64,000 nucleotides of DNA, taken from contig CM097885.1 in NCBI GenBank assembly GCA_044892525.1, positions 5,644,001 to 5,708,000 of the forward strand. The letters run 5' to 3'. The position numbers and the translations under genes are program-made. The DNA is from Schmidtea polychroa. Taxonomy: Eukaryota. A model generated the notes under the pieces. That model was not told the origin of the DNA. It saw nothing but the letters and a program-made list of their open reading frames with translations, and did not search any database. Below, piece after piece: positions 1-10,928 of this stretch (position 1 is the stretch's first letter; each line of letters begins with the position of its first letter).

Positions 1-406
1 CAGCTCGATCTGAGCGAGGCGGCTTACTAAAGAAAATAATCTAAATAAAATAATTCTAACAATAACGTAATAATATATTTTTAAAATAATAAAATAAAAT
101 AAGTAAATAAAAATATAATTGTTAATATTGCATAAAACATATTTATTTAATTCAGTAATTTTAGCTAGGTAGAAAAACAACATACGTAAAAACATTTATT
201 TTATTTTAGCAAGCCTAAATAACATATTTATTTATTTTAGTAATTTTAGCAATAAAAATAAGTATAAATAGCGGTTAAAAAATCATTTTCTTCGCCCAAA
301 AATTTACCACTTACACATAAACTAAAAATGGAAAGTCCTTACTAGTTTTTAATATAGAACAAGACACGACAAAAACGATCAACAATAGCACGCAACATAA
401 TACGCA

Positions 407-873
407 AGTAGAGGGATAGCGGCCCACTAAACCCGCGGCCCACTAAACCCGCGGCCCTCTGGGACAAAGACATACCCCACCCCCGCCATTTAAATTTTTT
501 TTCAAGGTCAAATTTTAAACAAAGGCATATGACTCATCAAGGTCATTGAAACAAAGACCATGACTCATCCGATGACTCACTCAAGGTCACATGGCTCATC
601 CGATGACTCATTCAAGGTCATATGACCCATCCGATGACTCATTCAAGGACATATGACTCATCCGATGACTCATTCAAGGTCATATGACTCATCCGATGAG
701 TCATGCTAAATTTTTTAAAATTTAAATTCTCAGAGTTCCCGCCAATGGTTTTTATTATTTAATAGCTCATTCGAAAGGTATTTGAATGGTGAGTATTTGA
801 GACCATCGAAGGTCTATGGAGGTTCAATAACCTTCAAAGAGTTCAATGGTATTGGTTACACTCAACATCTCAC

Positions 874-916
<43 letters not shown>
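407..916 (+). repeat. Left terminal inverted repeat of the Polinton
   Basis: Reverse complement of ~15930-16450. Contains 31-bp tandem units and ends in an (ATT)n run. Confidence 0.95.
500..746. promoter_or_regulatory. Putative enhancer array in the TIR (AP-1-type TGACTCA, NR5A/ERR-type TCAAGGTCA, E2F-like TTCCCGCC)
   Basis: 31-bp unit CATATGACTCATCCGATGACTCATTCAAGGT repeated 4-5 times; TTCCCGCCAAT at 736-746. Motif matches only; function inferred. Confidence 0.5.
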
Positions 917-950
<34 letters not shown>

Positions 951-1083
951 CTCCGAGTTTATCCGACAAAATATTTTGTCCCCCTATGGGTAATGCTCAC
1001 AAGGGTACTGCTCACAAAGGTACTGCTCACACTCAACAAGTCACAAGGGTATTATTAAACAAATCAACAAAACATACATTTAT

Positions 1084-1584
1084 TTAAACAATAAAATAAT
1101 GTAAAATTAGCAAAGGTAAACTAAATATTGATGTACTAGTATTCGCAGCAATATTGTTTGAAATTGGTAACGTTGAATTGATTTTCAGATATTCTATTGA
1201 TCCTTTGATTGTTTCAATTTCTCTTACTAATAATTCGATCTTTTTTAACAAATAATCATGCTTCTTATCAATAATTTTCATATTCTTTTTATTTTCAACA
1301 ATAGAGTTATTGAAAACTTCAATATGATCGATCAATTTAATTTTTATATTTTGTATATATACAAATGATAGTTCATAACTGTTTTCTAAATTCTCCAATC
1401 TTTGAGATATTCTTTTTCCTGGATGCTTTGACCATTTTGGTTTGTCGAGAATATATAAAATATCCATCAACTTGGCTGTATTCGGACAAACACATATTGA
1501 TTTATTAAAAGACTCCACTGTTATTGCTGTATTGTGTGAGCACACACTCGTTATAATAATTAGCAATATGAATATAGTTTTCAT
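1084..1584 (-). CDS. Hypothetical secreted or GPI-anchored coiled-coil protein (166 aa)
   Basis: Intact ATG ORF with N-terminal signal peptide MKTIFILLIIITSVCS, heptad-like middle, and small residues followed by a hydrophobic C-terminal tail. Confidence 0.6.
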   Translation of the reverse strand: MKTIFILLIIITSVCSHNTAITVESFNKSICVCPNTAKLMDILYILDKPKWSKHPGKRISQRLENLENSYELSFVYIQNIKIKLIDHIEVFNNSIVENKKNMKIIDKKHDYLLKKIELLVREIETIKGSIEYLKINSTLPISNNIAANTSTSIFSLPLLILHYFIV

Positions 1585-1590
1585 GGTGTA

Positions 1591-1817
1591 TCAAATCAAA
1601 ACCTTTCTTTTACATTTATAGTCTATCAACCAATCAAAATCATACGGTATTAGTATAAATAAAACATCATATTTTAAATTATTGTAGAAATGTCTCATAA
1701 TTACATCATTAATTTTTAAATCATCTTTAAATTCATTCATTACGGAAATCTTGAAATCACAAGCATTCAAATTCAAACATTCTGTGTCAACAATATACTT
1801 ACTTAAACCAAATTTAT
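1591..1817 (-). pseudogene. 3' part of an ORF truncated at the junction with nested retroelement DNA
   Basis: Open frame ending 6 bp before the 1584 start codon; composition shifts abruptly to higher GC near 1817. Confidence 0.35.
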
Positions 1818-1894
1818 GGCTCCTAGCAACTCCCTAGAAACTGGAGCCTCCCCTTTTAGCTGTTCGCAATCTTTTTGCATGTCATCCTGTTGAA

Positions 1895-2191
1895 TCAGCT
1901 CTCCTGGATAAATATTTCATTCAGTTTGCTCTCGAGCGAGCGTACTTGTAGCTTCAGCGCTCGGATCTCGAGTTGATCTTGCTCCGCCTGGATCTGGAGT
2001 TGCGAGATGTGGGTCGTCCGTTTCTTCATCTCGGCTGGACTGAACCAAGTGCCTTCGAGTTCTCGGCACTTGATTTTTAACTTCTCGACCCTATTTCGAA
2101 AGTCCTCGGCTTGTTGCTGGGCCCGTTCGCGGTCCTTACGTAGGTTTTCGAGCAACTGGTACACTGAATGGAAACAATAATAAAATTCCAT
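1895..2191 (-). CDS. Coiled-coil ORF of nested (probably LTR/Gypsy) retroelement
   Basis: Heptad pattern with motif ELEGTWFSP; a degenerate paralog lies at ~31105-31350. Probably an exon of a longer spliced ORF. Confidence 0.55.
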   Translation of the reverse strand: MEFYYCFHSVYQLLENLRKDRERAQQQAEDFRNRVEKLKIKCRELEGTWFSPAEMKKRTTHISQLQIQAEQDQLEIRALKLQVRSLESKLNEIFIQES

Positions 2192-2476
2192 CGCTCGCTG
2201 TCATGTGCGTAAAGTTGGTTAGATTAATTGCATGAAATTAATAAGTGGATGATGAGAAAAGGGTCACCTCAATCATGAATACACCCCATCAGCTATAAAG
2301 TCCAAAATGTAATAGCAGAAAAAATAATTTATTATACTACGAAGATACAAGATAGACTATATTGTCAAGATTTAATGAACAGAAGAAAAATACAATTTGT
2401 TATACTACTACAAGGTAAAATATCACTGGATGAAATCAGTCAAAACCATTCCATTCAAGCCACGACTGTCGATGGG

Positions 2477-2857
2477 TTAGGCCAGGTTCTTACGGGGCCT
2501 TCCCCGTTTTCGTGGAGGGGTATTGGTCTCCTCCAACTCTTCAGGAGTCACCCCCAGTGTTTCGGCTTTGAGTTGGAGCTCGAGTCTCCTCAGCCGCCTT
2601 TGGGCCTCCACCACCTCGTCGGCCGCTCGATCGCGGGCTTCCCGGAGCACGTTGTTGGTGGGCTCTACTTTCACCCACGCTGGGGCATCGGGTTCTGGGC
2701 CACTTCGGATGACCGGACCATAATTATCGAGGTCCAACCCCCGGTTCCAGTCGTGTATCCGATACCATATGTACCGGGTCCGGAGCCGTGTTATCATCTG
2801 CCGGTATTCTACTTCGTCGGATTCGCTTGATTGGGACATTCTACCAAATAAACCCAA
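2477..2857 (-). CDS. ORF with C-terminal AT-hook/NLS-like motif (RKRGRPRK), adjacent to long LTR
   Basis: GC-richer open frame with coiled-coil and RGRP core, ~130 bp from the LTR end at 2974. Confidence 0.55.
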   Translation of the reverse strand: MGLFGRMSQSSESDEVEYRQMITRLRTRYIWYRIHDWNRGLDLDNYGPVIRSGPEPDAPAWVKVEPTNNVLREARDRAADEVVEAQRRLRRLELQLKAETLGVTPEELEETNTPPRKRGRPRKNLA

Positions 2858-2973
2858 TTAACAGGGATATTTGTGGGGGAATGATTGATTTTGTTAAATA
2901 GAGCGTATATTAATTTAAATCTCGGTTATTAATCCGTTATGTAATTTATCAATTAAAAATTTTCTTTTCCCAC

Positions 2974-5900
2974 TGTTAGATCAGTGCCGCCGAAACCTCA
3001 CCAAACCTATGGCTAAATGAAAATAATAACAAAATTAATTTCTGAAGATCTAATCCTATTTGACAGGGTTAATTCAGCAATTCAACTTTTATATTCAAAA
3101 AAAAAATAAATCTCCCTTTGTTTATCTAATCTAATTATTGAAAGTTTTATAATTCATTTTTAAAGTTTGTTATGTCATCGACATAAGATTTTATTTTATG
3201 TTAATTATTTGACCTCTGAATCAACCAGCTCCGTCGGTGCTGGGTGAGCTGTTGGAACTTAGTTTCCCACCTCATCCTCACTTAGGCGGGGTTGTCATGT
3301 TCAGGGTGACCATCTTACTATGAATTTTAGGTTGTTTGTTTCGTCTCCGGATCAGTTCAATATCCATGCTACGGTGATATTATAATCGTGGATTTATGCC
3401 CATTTTCATGAAGTTTCAACGCCGAGTTTGCATCGGTAACGTGCACCCTGCTGTTTTCCTTCTAAAGGAGATTATTAGCCTGCTCATGGCTGTGTATTTT
3501 AGTTGGAATTCTACTGCTATACTCGTACACTGAATGCTTGGATATACAATTCCTCATTTGTCAAGGTAAGCTAAGTTTTGTGATACAAAGCTAATTTTAC
3601 GTTAATAATTACTGCAACTAATTTGCAATGCAGTAAGGGGAATTATGATGATATTCAGGATAGCGGAAATTATGGGGAGCGATATAGATAGTAATAACAG
3701 TGCTAGTGATGATCTTAATCATAGAAAATGCTATTACTCCTTTCGCAAGGTTCGGCTAACATACAGTAATATCCTTGAAACAAAAAAAATTTTATGCGTT
3801 TCAGGAACAGCGCTCATTTTATGGGTTATCATTTATCCTTAATCGGTAGAGGTAGTTCATATAATATAAATACTCATGAATTATATCTTGGAGAGAAGTA
3901 CAGTTCGTAGTTTATGTATTTATAATTTAGGTTCTAGTCAACATACAACTTGTAATCTGCCTTCCCACACATAATTTTATAATGCTATTTAGAATTTCTA
4001 TTCCAATAACCCAAATCCATACATAATTTATATATATAATTATCCCTGGTTTTTCTCTTATAATCTAGTTGCATTAGTAACCCTAAATAACTATCCAGAG
4101 TTCGTGTTTTTTAGATTAGAGGTTATATATGACTGTTTATAATTAGGGTTATAGTCACACTACATTTATAATTTATATATTACTCGTTGTAAATTATAAT
4201 TTTATAATCCAAGTTTATATATAATCATCTATAATTGATATTTTGTACGTAAAATTAAATCGTAACCATCAATATACCTATATAATTTATAATCAACTAT
4301 TTACAATAATCATTTATAATTTATATTTTGTGAGTAAAATTTATTCGCAACTATTTATAGATTATCTTTCTATATACGTTTATAATTTATATACAACCAT
4401 TTCTACTTTATATTTTATAATCAAAATTTTTACATAATTATTTATAATTTATATTTTTATAAGTAAAATTTATTCGTAACTATTTATAGATTATATTTTT
4501 ATGATCAATATCCGTATATAATTTATATATAACTATTTACAACTATTTACATATAACTATTTATACTTTATATTTTATAATCAAAATTTTTTATAATTTT
4601 TTATAATTTATATTTTTATAAGTAAAATTTATTCGTAAATATTTATAGATTATATTTTTAGGATCAATGTCCGTATATACTTTATATATAGCTATTTATA
4701 ACTATTTATATATAACTATTTATACTTTATATTTTATAATCAAAATTTTTATATAATTATTTATAATTTATATGTTTATAAGTAAAATTTATTCGTAACT
4801 ATTTATAGATTATATTTTTAGGATCAATATCCGTATATACTTTATATATAACTATTTATAACTATTTATGTATAACTATTTATACTTTATATTTTATACT
4901 CAAAATTTTTACCTAATTATTTACAATTTATGTTTTTGTAAGTAAAGTTTATTCCTAACTATTTATAGTTTATCTTTTTAAGGTCCAAGTATATATAGGA
5001 TTATATGTAACTATCTATAATTAATATCCCTAATTATAAATTTATACGTAACTATTTGGAAATTATATTTTCATGGCCAAAATATTTGCACAATCATTTG
5101 TAGATCGAATTGTATAATCAAGATACATCGGTAACTTACCTATACCCATTTATATATTATATTTTTAAACTCGGATTTGCATAAAACTATTGATAAATTA
5201 TATTCTTATAAAATTTTGGGTATCATTCTTTATAGATTATAGTTTAATAATTTCCCATAAGTATTTATACTCTATATTCTAAATTCAGAGTTATATATAA
5301 CCATTTATAAATGATATTTCTGTAATTAAAATTTTATGTATAATTATTTTTAGATTGTATTTGTATAATTAAGATAACCACTTATCATTTACTCTTAATA
5401 CTCGAGATAGAGTTACCAATTATAGGTCGCATCTTAGGTTTAAGGCCTATATTGTATTATCATCGTGCATATATAATCTATACATAGCCGCTCATATATA
5501 TAAGCCAGGGTTCGAACTTAGCATAAGATTATATTTTATGAGATAATCTAGAATTCACGGTTATAGGATGTTTTTAATTTACACTTTATATACAAATTCC
5601 ATTTTTCAATTTATAATTTTTTCTTTTTATAAATAATCTATAGTTATAATTTTAATTGATAGGTACTTTATAGTTGAATGGGCCAATTTATAATGGAACA
5701 GACATTCACATCAAAAATTTTATTTTATAAATTAAAAAGACTTTATCGCTAATCATTTGATTGATGATATTACATTCTTTAATAACACTTCTGTAATATT
5801 GATTCATAAGGGGAAAACTAAAGAAGTTAGTTATCTTTATAATATGACCCTAACTCCTGATCGATTCGGATGTTGGCAATGCTACATTTTAATCCTGAGA

Positions 5901-7387
5901 TGAAAATACATACTATTCACTGGGGTTTTTTATACATGATTGAATCTATCCCATCCTTTACGCTTGTCGAAATTCGAGGTGTTATCATCGTAATTAGATC
6001 CGAGAAAATCCATACACCTTTATAAAAAAAATTTTTTTATTTACTAACGATGTTCGTCCAACGCCTAAGTGGAGAGGTCCCAACCGACTACATTAACTGA
6101 ATTGTAATTGCTGTGTTTAATTTGGGTCTGAGATCTACTCAATTATGATCCTAGTGTGAAGTAGTGTGTGAAATTTTTAATGTTGATTTTAAATGTGTAC
6201 TGCATTGGAACTCGGGAAGAATTCTTGCTTACACGGCCCCACTGTGACCGCTACAACAAGCCCTATTGTAATGTTGAGTCGAAACATCACTGTCGACCGA
6301 TAAATAAATATATGGAGCCATAGCGGAGGGGTTTTATCGACACAACTCCATGGTAGAACCATGAAGTGGCCGACCTCCGATGACCGAACAAAAAAAAATA
6401 TATACGAGATATTGCCTGTCTGCATGTGAAATCGTTATTTGAAAATTAATATTAAATGCAGGACTAATTAGAGACGCACTAAGACGCCGCTGATTAGTCA
6501 AAAAAAATAAAAACAAGTTAGATCTTGAGGGGATTAAAATCAATTAAAATCATTGACATTAAAATAATTTGCATTAATGAATCAAAACATAAATATACTA
6601 ATATCAAAAATGAGAATGATGAACATCAAAAAGGAAAAACTACTTACTATTAGTTTTCTGGACAAAATTTTTGTTCACAAAAATATTGGCATAAAAGGGA
6701 TTATTGTGACTGAAACGTGTCAGTATATATACCTATTTTGTACACGTGTATGTATTGATGCATTAAAACAAACTCGAATTCTTTTTATTCCAGAATTTTC
6801 TATTTTGCGATTTTGATATTTTTAACGGCAATTTTCGTGCCATAATTTTTGTTTTTATTTCTAAATTTCAAATTTTTAATTATTTTTCATTAATTTTACG
6901 TCCATGATGGATTTGGAACGGTTCCAGAACATTCTATATTACTTTTAATTTAATTTTTATTTTAATTGATGTTTTATGAATTTCTTTTTAAGAATTTTTT
7001 ATTTTTATTACTAATTTATTTATTTTTCTAACTTTTATTGTTTAAGGTAGCTTTTATGATGGTCATCGCCATTTTTATGGAATGTTCTGGGTTTTTCTGG
7101 AATCTTTTACTGTTTTTATCATCTTTTAAGTTATTCGAGTTTGCTTTTGGTAATTCTATGTTTATTTGGTTATTTTTGAGTTAGTTTTTTGCATAACTTC
7201 TTGCTTTTGTATAATTTTATTTAATTTGTGTGTTTATTATTTTTGTTGTTTTCTCCTTTAATTACCATTGTTTATTTGGTGTAGGTTTTAATATTTAACT
7301 ATACTTGGTGCTGTTTTACTTGCTGTGTACCTACACATTTCAGTCACAATTAGTATTTTGGGTCTAGAAGTCAGTTCTAGCCCAACA
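2974..7387 (-). mobile_element. Very long (~4.4 kb) LTR-like sequence nested in the Polinton
   Basis: Termini TGTTAG at 2974 and CCCAACA at 7387. ~6050-7387 is homologous to ~24680-26065 and homology stops exactly at TTCTAGCCCAACA. Internal AT-rich ~130-bp tandem repeats at 4250-5000. Confidence 0.65.
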
Positions 7388-7856
7388 CTACTGATTCAAC
7401 TTCTCTTAATTTCAATTCTTTTTTTGTTTCCATATCTTCTATTGCATTCTGCATTAAAAATAACATTAATGCCGGTTTTGTTAATTTGTGTCGAAGAACA
7501 TTGTCGACGAGCTTTTCCACTTTATTGAAAAATTCGGTGCACGAGTCATTTCCTTTTCGATATCTTAAAGCTGCGTCTAGATCCATGGCTAGGTTTTTCC
7601 TTGGCTCGAACGCTTTTCTTAATCTTTCTTCATAGCCTGAATAATCGCTCTGTACTTCTTCATATTTCTGGATCAACTCTACCGACAGAAAGGCCTTGGT
7701 AACAATTTCTTGAATTTCTTGCGGTTGTTGAGTGAGTTCGAAAAATCTCTTCAATTCCAAAATAAAAATTTCTAAATCACCATTTGGCAGCAATTGATTA
7801 GGTGGCTTGATATAGTTCTGGAGTCCTGGCGTGGTCGCCATGTTAGAAGAAGACAT
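7388..7856 (-). pseudogene. Gag-like ORF of another retroelement, cut by the long LTR at 7387
   Basis: 159-aa helical ORF resembling a retrotransposon Gag N-terminus; its last codons and stop come from the LTR terminus TGTTGGGCTAG. Confidence 0.45.
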
Positions 7857-8216
7857 AGTTTCACAGAAATCTTTATTCTCTATAAAAATCTAAGCGGAGC
7901 ACACAATCGTTATACTATTTATAGTACATTGAATTGCGTAATCTACAAAAGAGAGAATTATTAGTTTAAGTGATACTGTTGACACAGAAGACAATCATAC
8001 TTACTTAATTTAGTTATACAAGCATTCCCGCATCATTCAATAGATACGAAGGTCTAGTGACCTGGTTATGTAAGTAATTCGTTGGAAATTATTATATCAT
8101 CTTACAATCATCATTATTATTTACTTTCTATTAATGTTTTACTTTATATTAAAAGTCAACTATATATATATATATTAAAAACAAAATAATACAAACGTTT
8201 ATTATATACAAAACAT

Positions 8217-8624
8217 TTACTTTGATACAATCCGGGAGTAGTGAAACCTTCTCAGAGTTTTCACTAACTCCCATTCGACATATCGCCGATATCGATCGGC
8301 ACAGCATGAACATCCGAACATACATTGATACTCCGGCTCCATTTCTTTCATGGTTCTATTAATCTTGATATCCCATAAAAATTGATGGAATACCTCCATG
8401 ATTCGAATTTGAGTCGCATAGAAAATCAAATCCGGTATGATTTCAGGTTCTCTGTCATTGATTATTTCCGCAATTTGAGGATAATAATATTTTATCCTAT
8501 TGAGCATTACTTCTATATATTTTTCTAAAATAATAAATATAAAAAATGTCAAAATAAAAGTTTTAAATTTACCATAGTCGTCAATATCTTTCATTAAATT
8601 TGCTGCGCTTGGTATTTTGTACAT
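8217..8624 (-). CDS. Polinton hypothetical protein with Cys cluster (CMFGCSCC), likely one 48-nt intron
   Basis: ORF with in-frame GTAAAT...TTTTAG segment at 8572-8525 that explains the anomalous KFKTFILTFFIFIIL stretch; ATG at 8624. Confidence 0.65.
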   Translation of the reverse strand: MYKIPSAANLMKDIDDYGKFKTFILTFFIFIILEKYIEVMLNRIKYYYPQIAEIINDREPEIIPDLIFYATQIRIMEVFHQFLWDIKINRTMKEMEPEYQCMFGCSCCADRYRRYVEWELVKTLRRFHYSRIVSK

Positions 8625-8698
8625 GTTGTTGAATAAATGAATCCTAAACAAAAAACCGTTTGTTTAAATCAATCAATAACCAATTAGAAATTAACCAA

Positions 8699-9136
8699 TT
8701 AGAAATCGACCAATGAAATTATCTCATTTCGAACATTGTCAACAAATTCTCTATACTCCAAATTTCTCAACCCCAACATGACAACCTTTCCACTAGCAAA
8801 CACGTTGACACATATAGGGTTATATTTTAATAGTCTTAGTGCTGGAAACAATTCCGGTTCAAACATACAATCACATTTTTTTGACATGTTATATAGATTG
8901 ATACTATGTCCCATATCCATAGTAACGGTAATTGATTGGATTATAATATTATTTATTCGATATTGTAATTTATTAATATCCAAAGGTTTCTTACATCCCA
9001 TGATTCTGCATTTACCAGTCTTGAAAAATATTATCGGATATTTCCCGCTTCTATCGATAATTTGCTGAGGTTTCCCTGGTGGGAACCTCATATTCGATAC
9101 ATTAAAATTTCCTCGATAATTTATATTTGCTAACAT
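8699..9136 (-). CDS. TATA-binding protein (TBP)-fold protein, 145 aa, element-encoded
   Basis: Two TBP repeats: IIFFKTGKCRIMGCK (cf. LIFSSGKMVCTGAK) and FEPELFPALRLLKYNPICVNVFASGKVVMLG (cf. [32 protein letters not shown]). Intact and intronless. Confidence 0.88.
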   Translation of the reverse strand: MLANINYRGNFNVSNMRFPPGKPQQIIDRSGKYPIIFFKTGKCRIMGCKKPLDINKLQYRINNIIIQSITVTMDMGHSINLYNMSKKCDCMFEPELFPALRLLKYNPICVNVFASGKVVMLGLRNLEYREFVDNVRNEIISLVDF

Positions 9137-9239
9137 TATTAAATCATTTATGAAAATTAGTCTTTATATACAAATTGAGCACGAGTTCATTAAATCATCG
9201 AATATAAACAAATACACATATATTTATAAAATTTTTGAA

Positions 9240-9866
9240 ATGGAATTAAGAAATGATGCAGTATACCAAATCGTTGGTCCGAGTGGTAATGGAAAAACAT
9301 TATTTGTTTGTAAATTACTAAAATCAAATTTATTCAAATCAAAATTCAACAGGATTTATTGACATAGGGGTGCTGATGAAGAACATGGATTAACTCAATC
9401 AAGTTTCTGTAAATTAAAAAACATGAAAATAGTAAAGGGATTCGATAAAAACTGGTCCAGCCGATTAAAGAAAGGTGATGTCATTATTATCGATGATTTG
9501 TATCAAGAAGCTAATAAAGAAAATGATTTTAATAATTTATTTACAAAGATCAGCAGACATGTCGGTGTAACAGTTATTTTCATAACACAAAATCTATTTC
9601 ATCAAGGTGGGGCACATCGAACACGTAATTTAAATGTACAATATTTAGTTATTTTCAAGAATCCTAGAGATGCAACAGTGATCGATTTTCTTGCACGTCA
9701 AGCATACCCTAACAATCGTAATTTTCTTATCAGTGCATTTCAATATGCTACAAAAATACCTCATGGATATATATTTCTTGATTTCACGCAACAATGTCCC
9801 GATGATTTACGAGTAAAAACAGATATTTTCAACCCAAAAGGTGCCATGGTTTATAAACAAAGTTGA
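9240..9866 (+). pseudogene. A32/FtsK-HerA-type DNA packaging ATPase with one in-frame stop
   Basis: Walker A GPSGNGKT, Walker B IIIDD, then SRH..VIFITQNLF and HGYIFLD. TGA at 9360-9362 splits two same-frame ORFs. Confidence 0.93.
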
Positions 9867-10020
9867 AAACCTCTATGAATAATAATGTTTCTAAAAGCAA
9901 GGGTGAAAAATATTAGGAAATTAAGAAAAAGTATTAGAAAGAGTATTAAAGTTCCAAAAGTTCCACCAACAACTAGTTATACACCATCTAAAAAAAATTG
10001 TAACTGAAAATTTCTCTGCA

Positions 10021-10419
10021 ATGAATCTTATTTCGAAAAATCCTAAACCTAAACGTAAAACCCGTAAAACCCGTAAAACCAGTAAAAAAGTAGTTAAAAA
10101 TCATCGCAGTTTTCCATTTTTTAATGCATTGTTAAAGGCCCCGAGTATGAAAAGAATGAATATATTGCAATCATTCCCAAATTTTGTTGTCGATGATTTA
10201 CTCAATATTATACTTAAAGTAGTCAAAGGCAAAATTAAAATCAGTAAATCAAAAAAGCATTTATTGAGCAAACATAGGAAACCATTGATATCTTTAGTAA
10301 ATAATAAAAATCGTAAGCAAATGAGGAAAATTATATATAAACAACAAGGTGGATTTATTGGTGCATTGATACCTCTGGCATTATCATTATTAGGTGGAGT
10401 TGTAGGAAATCAATCATAA
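10021..10419 (+). CDS. Basic core-like Polinton protein with GG|F site and C-terminal hydrophobic helix
   Basis: Lys/Arg-rich; ends KQQGGFIGALIPLALSLLGG, typical of small conserved Polinton virion proteins. Confidence 0.7.
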   Translation: MNLISKNPKPKRKTRKTRKTSKKVVKNHRSFPFFNALLKAPSMKRMNILQSFPNFVVDDLLNIILKVVKGKIKISKSKKHLLSKHRKPLISLVNNKNRKQMRKIIYKQQGGFIGALIPLALSLLGGVVGNQS

Positions 10420-10422
10420 ACA

Positions 10423-10847
10423 ATGGGTGCTAATCCTTCATTGCCCGACATTAAATTTAATTTTAAATCTTCTTGTTGTAATGGAGAAGATTTGGACGAA
10501 CCCAGAGTGGCAAAATTAAAGAAAAGAGTTCCGAATTTGAAAAAAGAAACCCAGAAGTGGTTATCAGATCAGCTTGCGTACAGTTTGAACAAACCAATGC
10601 GGAAAAGATTTCCAACAAGAGCGTATAAAACATTTGGTATTGACGATTTATGGCAAATGGATTTGATGGAGATGATACCCTATTCGAAAATTAACAATGG
10701 GAATAAATATATTTTAACATGTATTAATGTATACAGCAGGTTTGCACGAGCAATACCAGTCAAGGCAAAATCTGCAGATGAAATGTCCAAGGCAATTAAT
10801 ATTTTATTTAAAGATGGACATCCTAATAACTTGCAAACAGATTTAGG

Positions 10848-10928
<81 letters not shown>

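Noticed and set aside
782..1087. Poly-Ile/Leu/Asn ORFs (also 10680, 15801-16062, 22945-23226, 35778, 39914-40130, 51351, 60807)
   Set aside because: Translations of (ATT)n/(AAT)n microsatellites.
2375..2830. Plus-strand ORFs opposite real genes (also 8736-9068, 11142, 12065, 19111, 22656, 34440, 45104, 45339)
   Set aside because: Antisense shadows of better-supported ORFs.
8699..9136. Host TBP gene
   Set aside because: Far too divergent and short for the highly conserved host TBP core, and it lies inside a TSD-bounded element.
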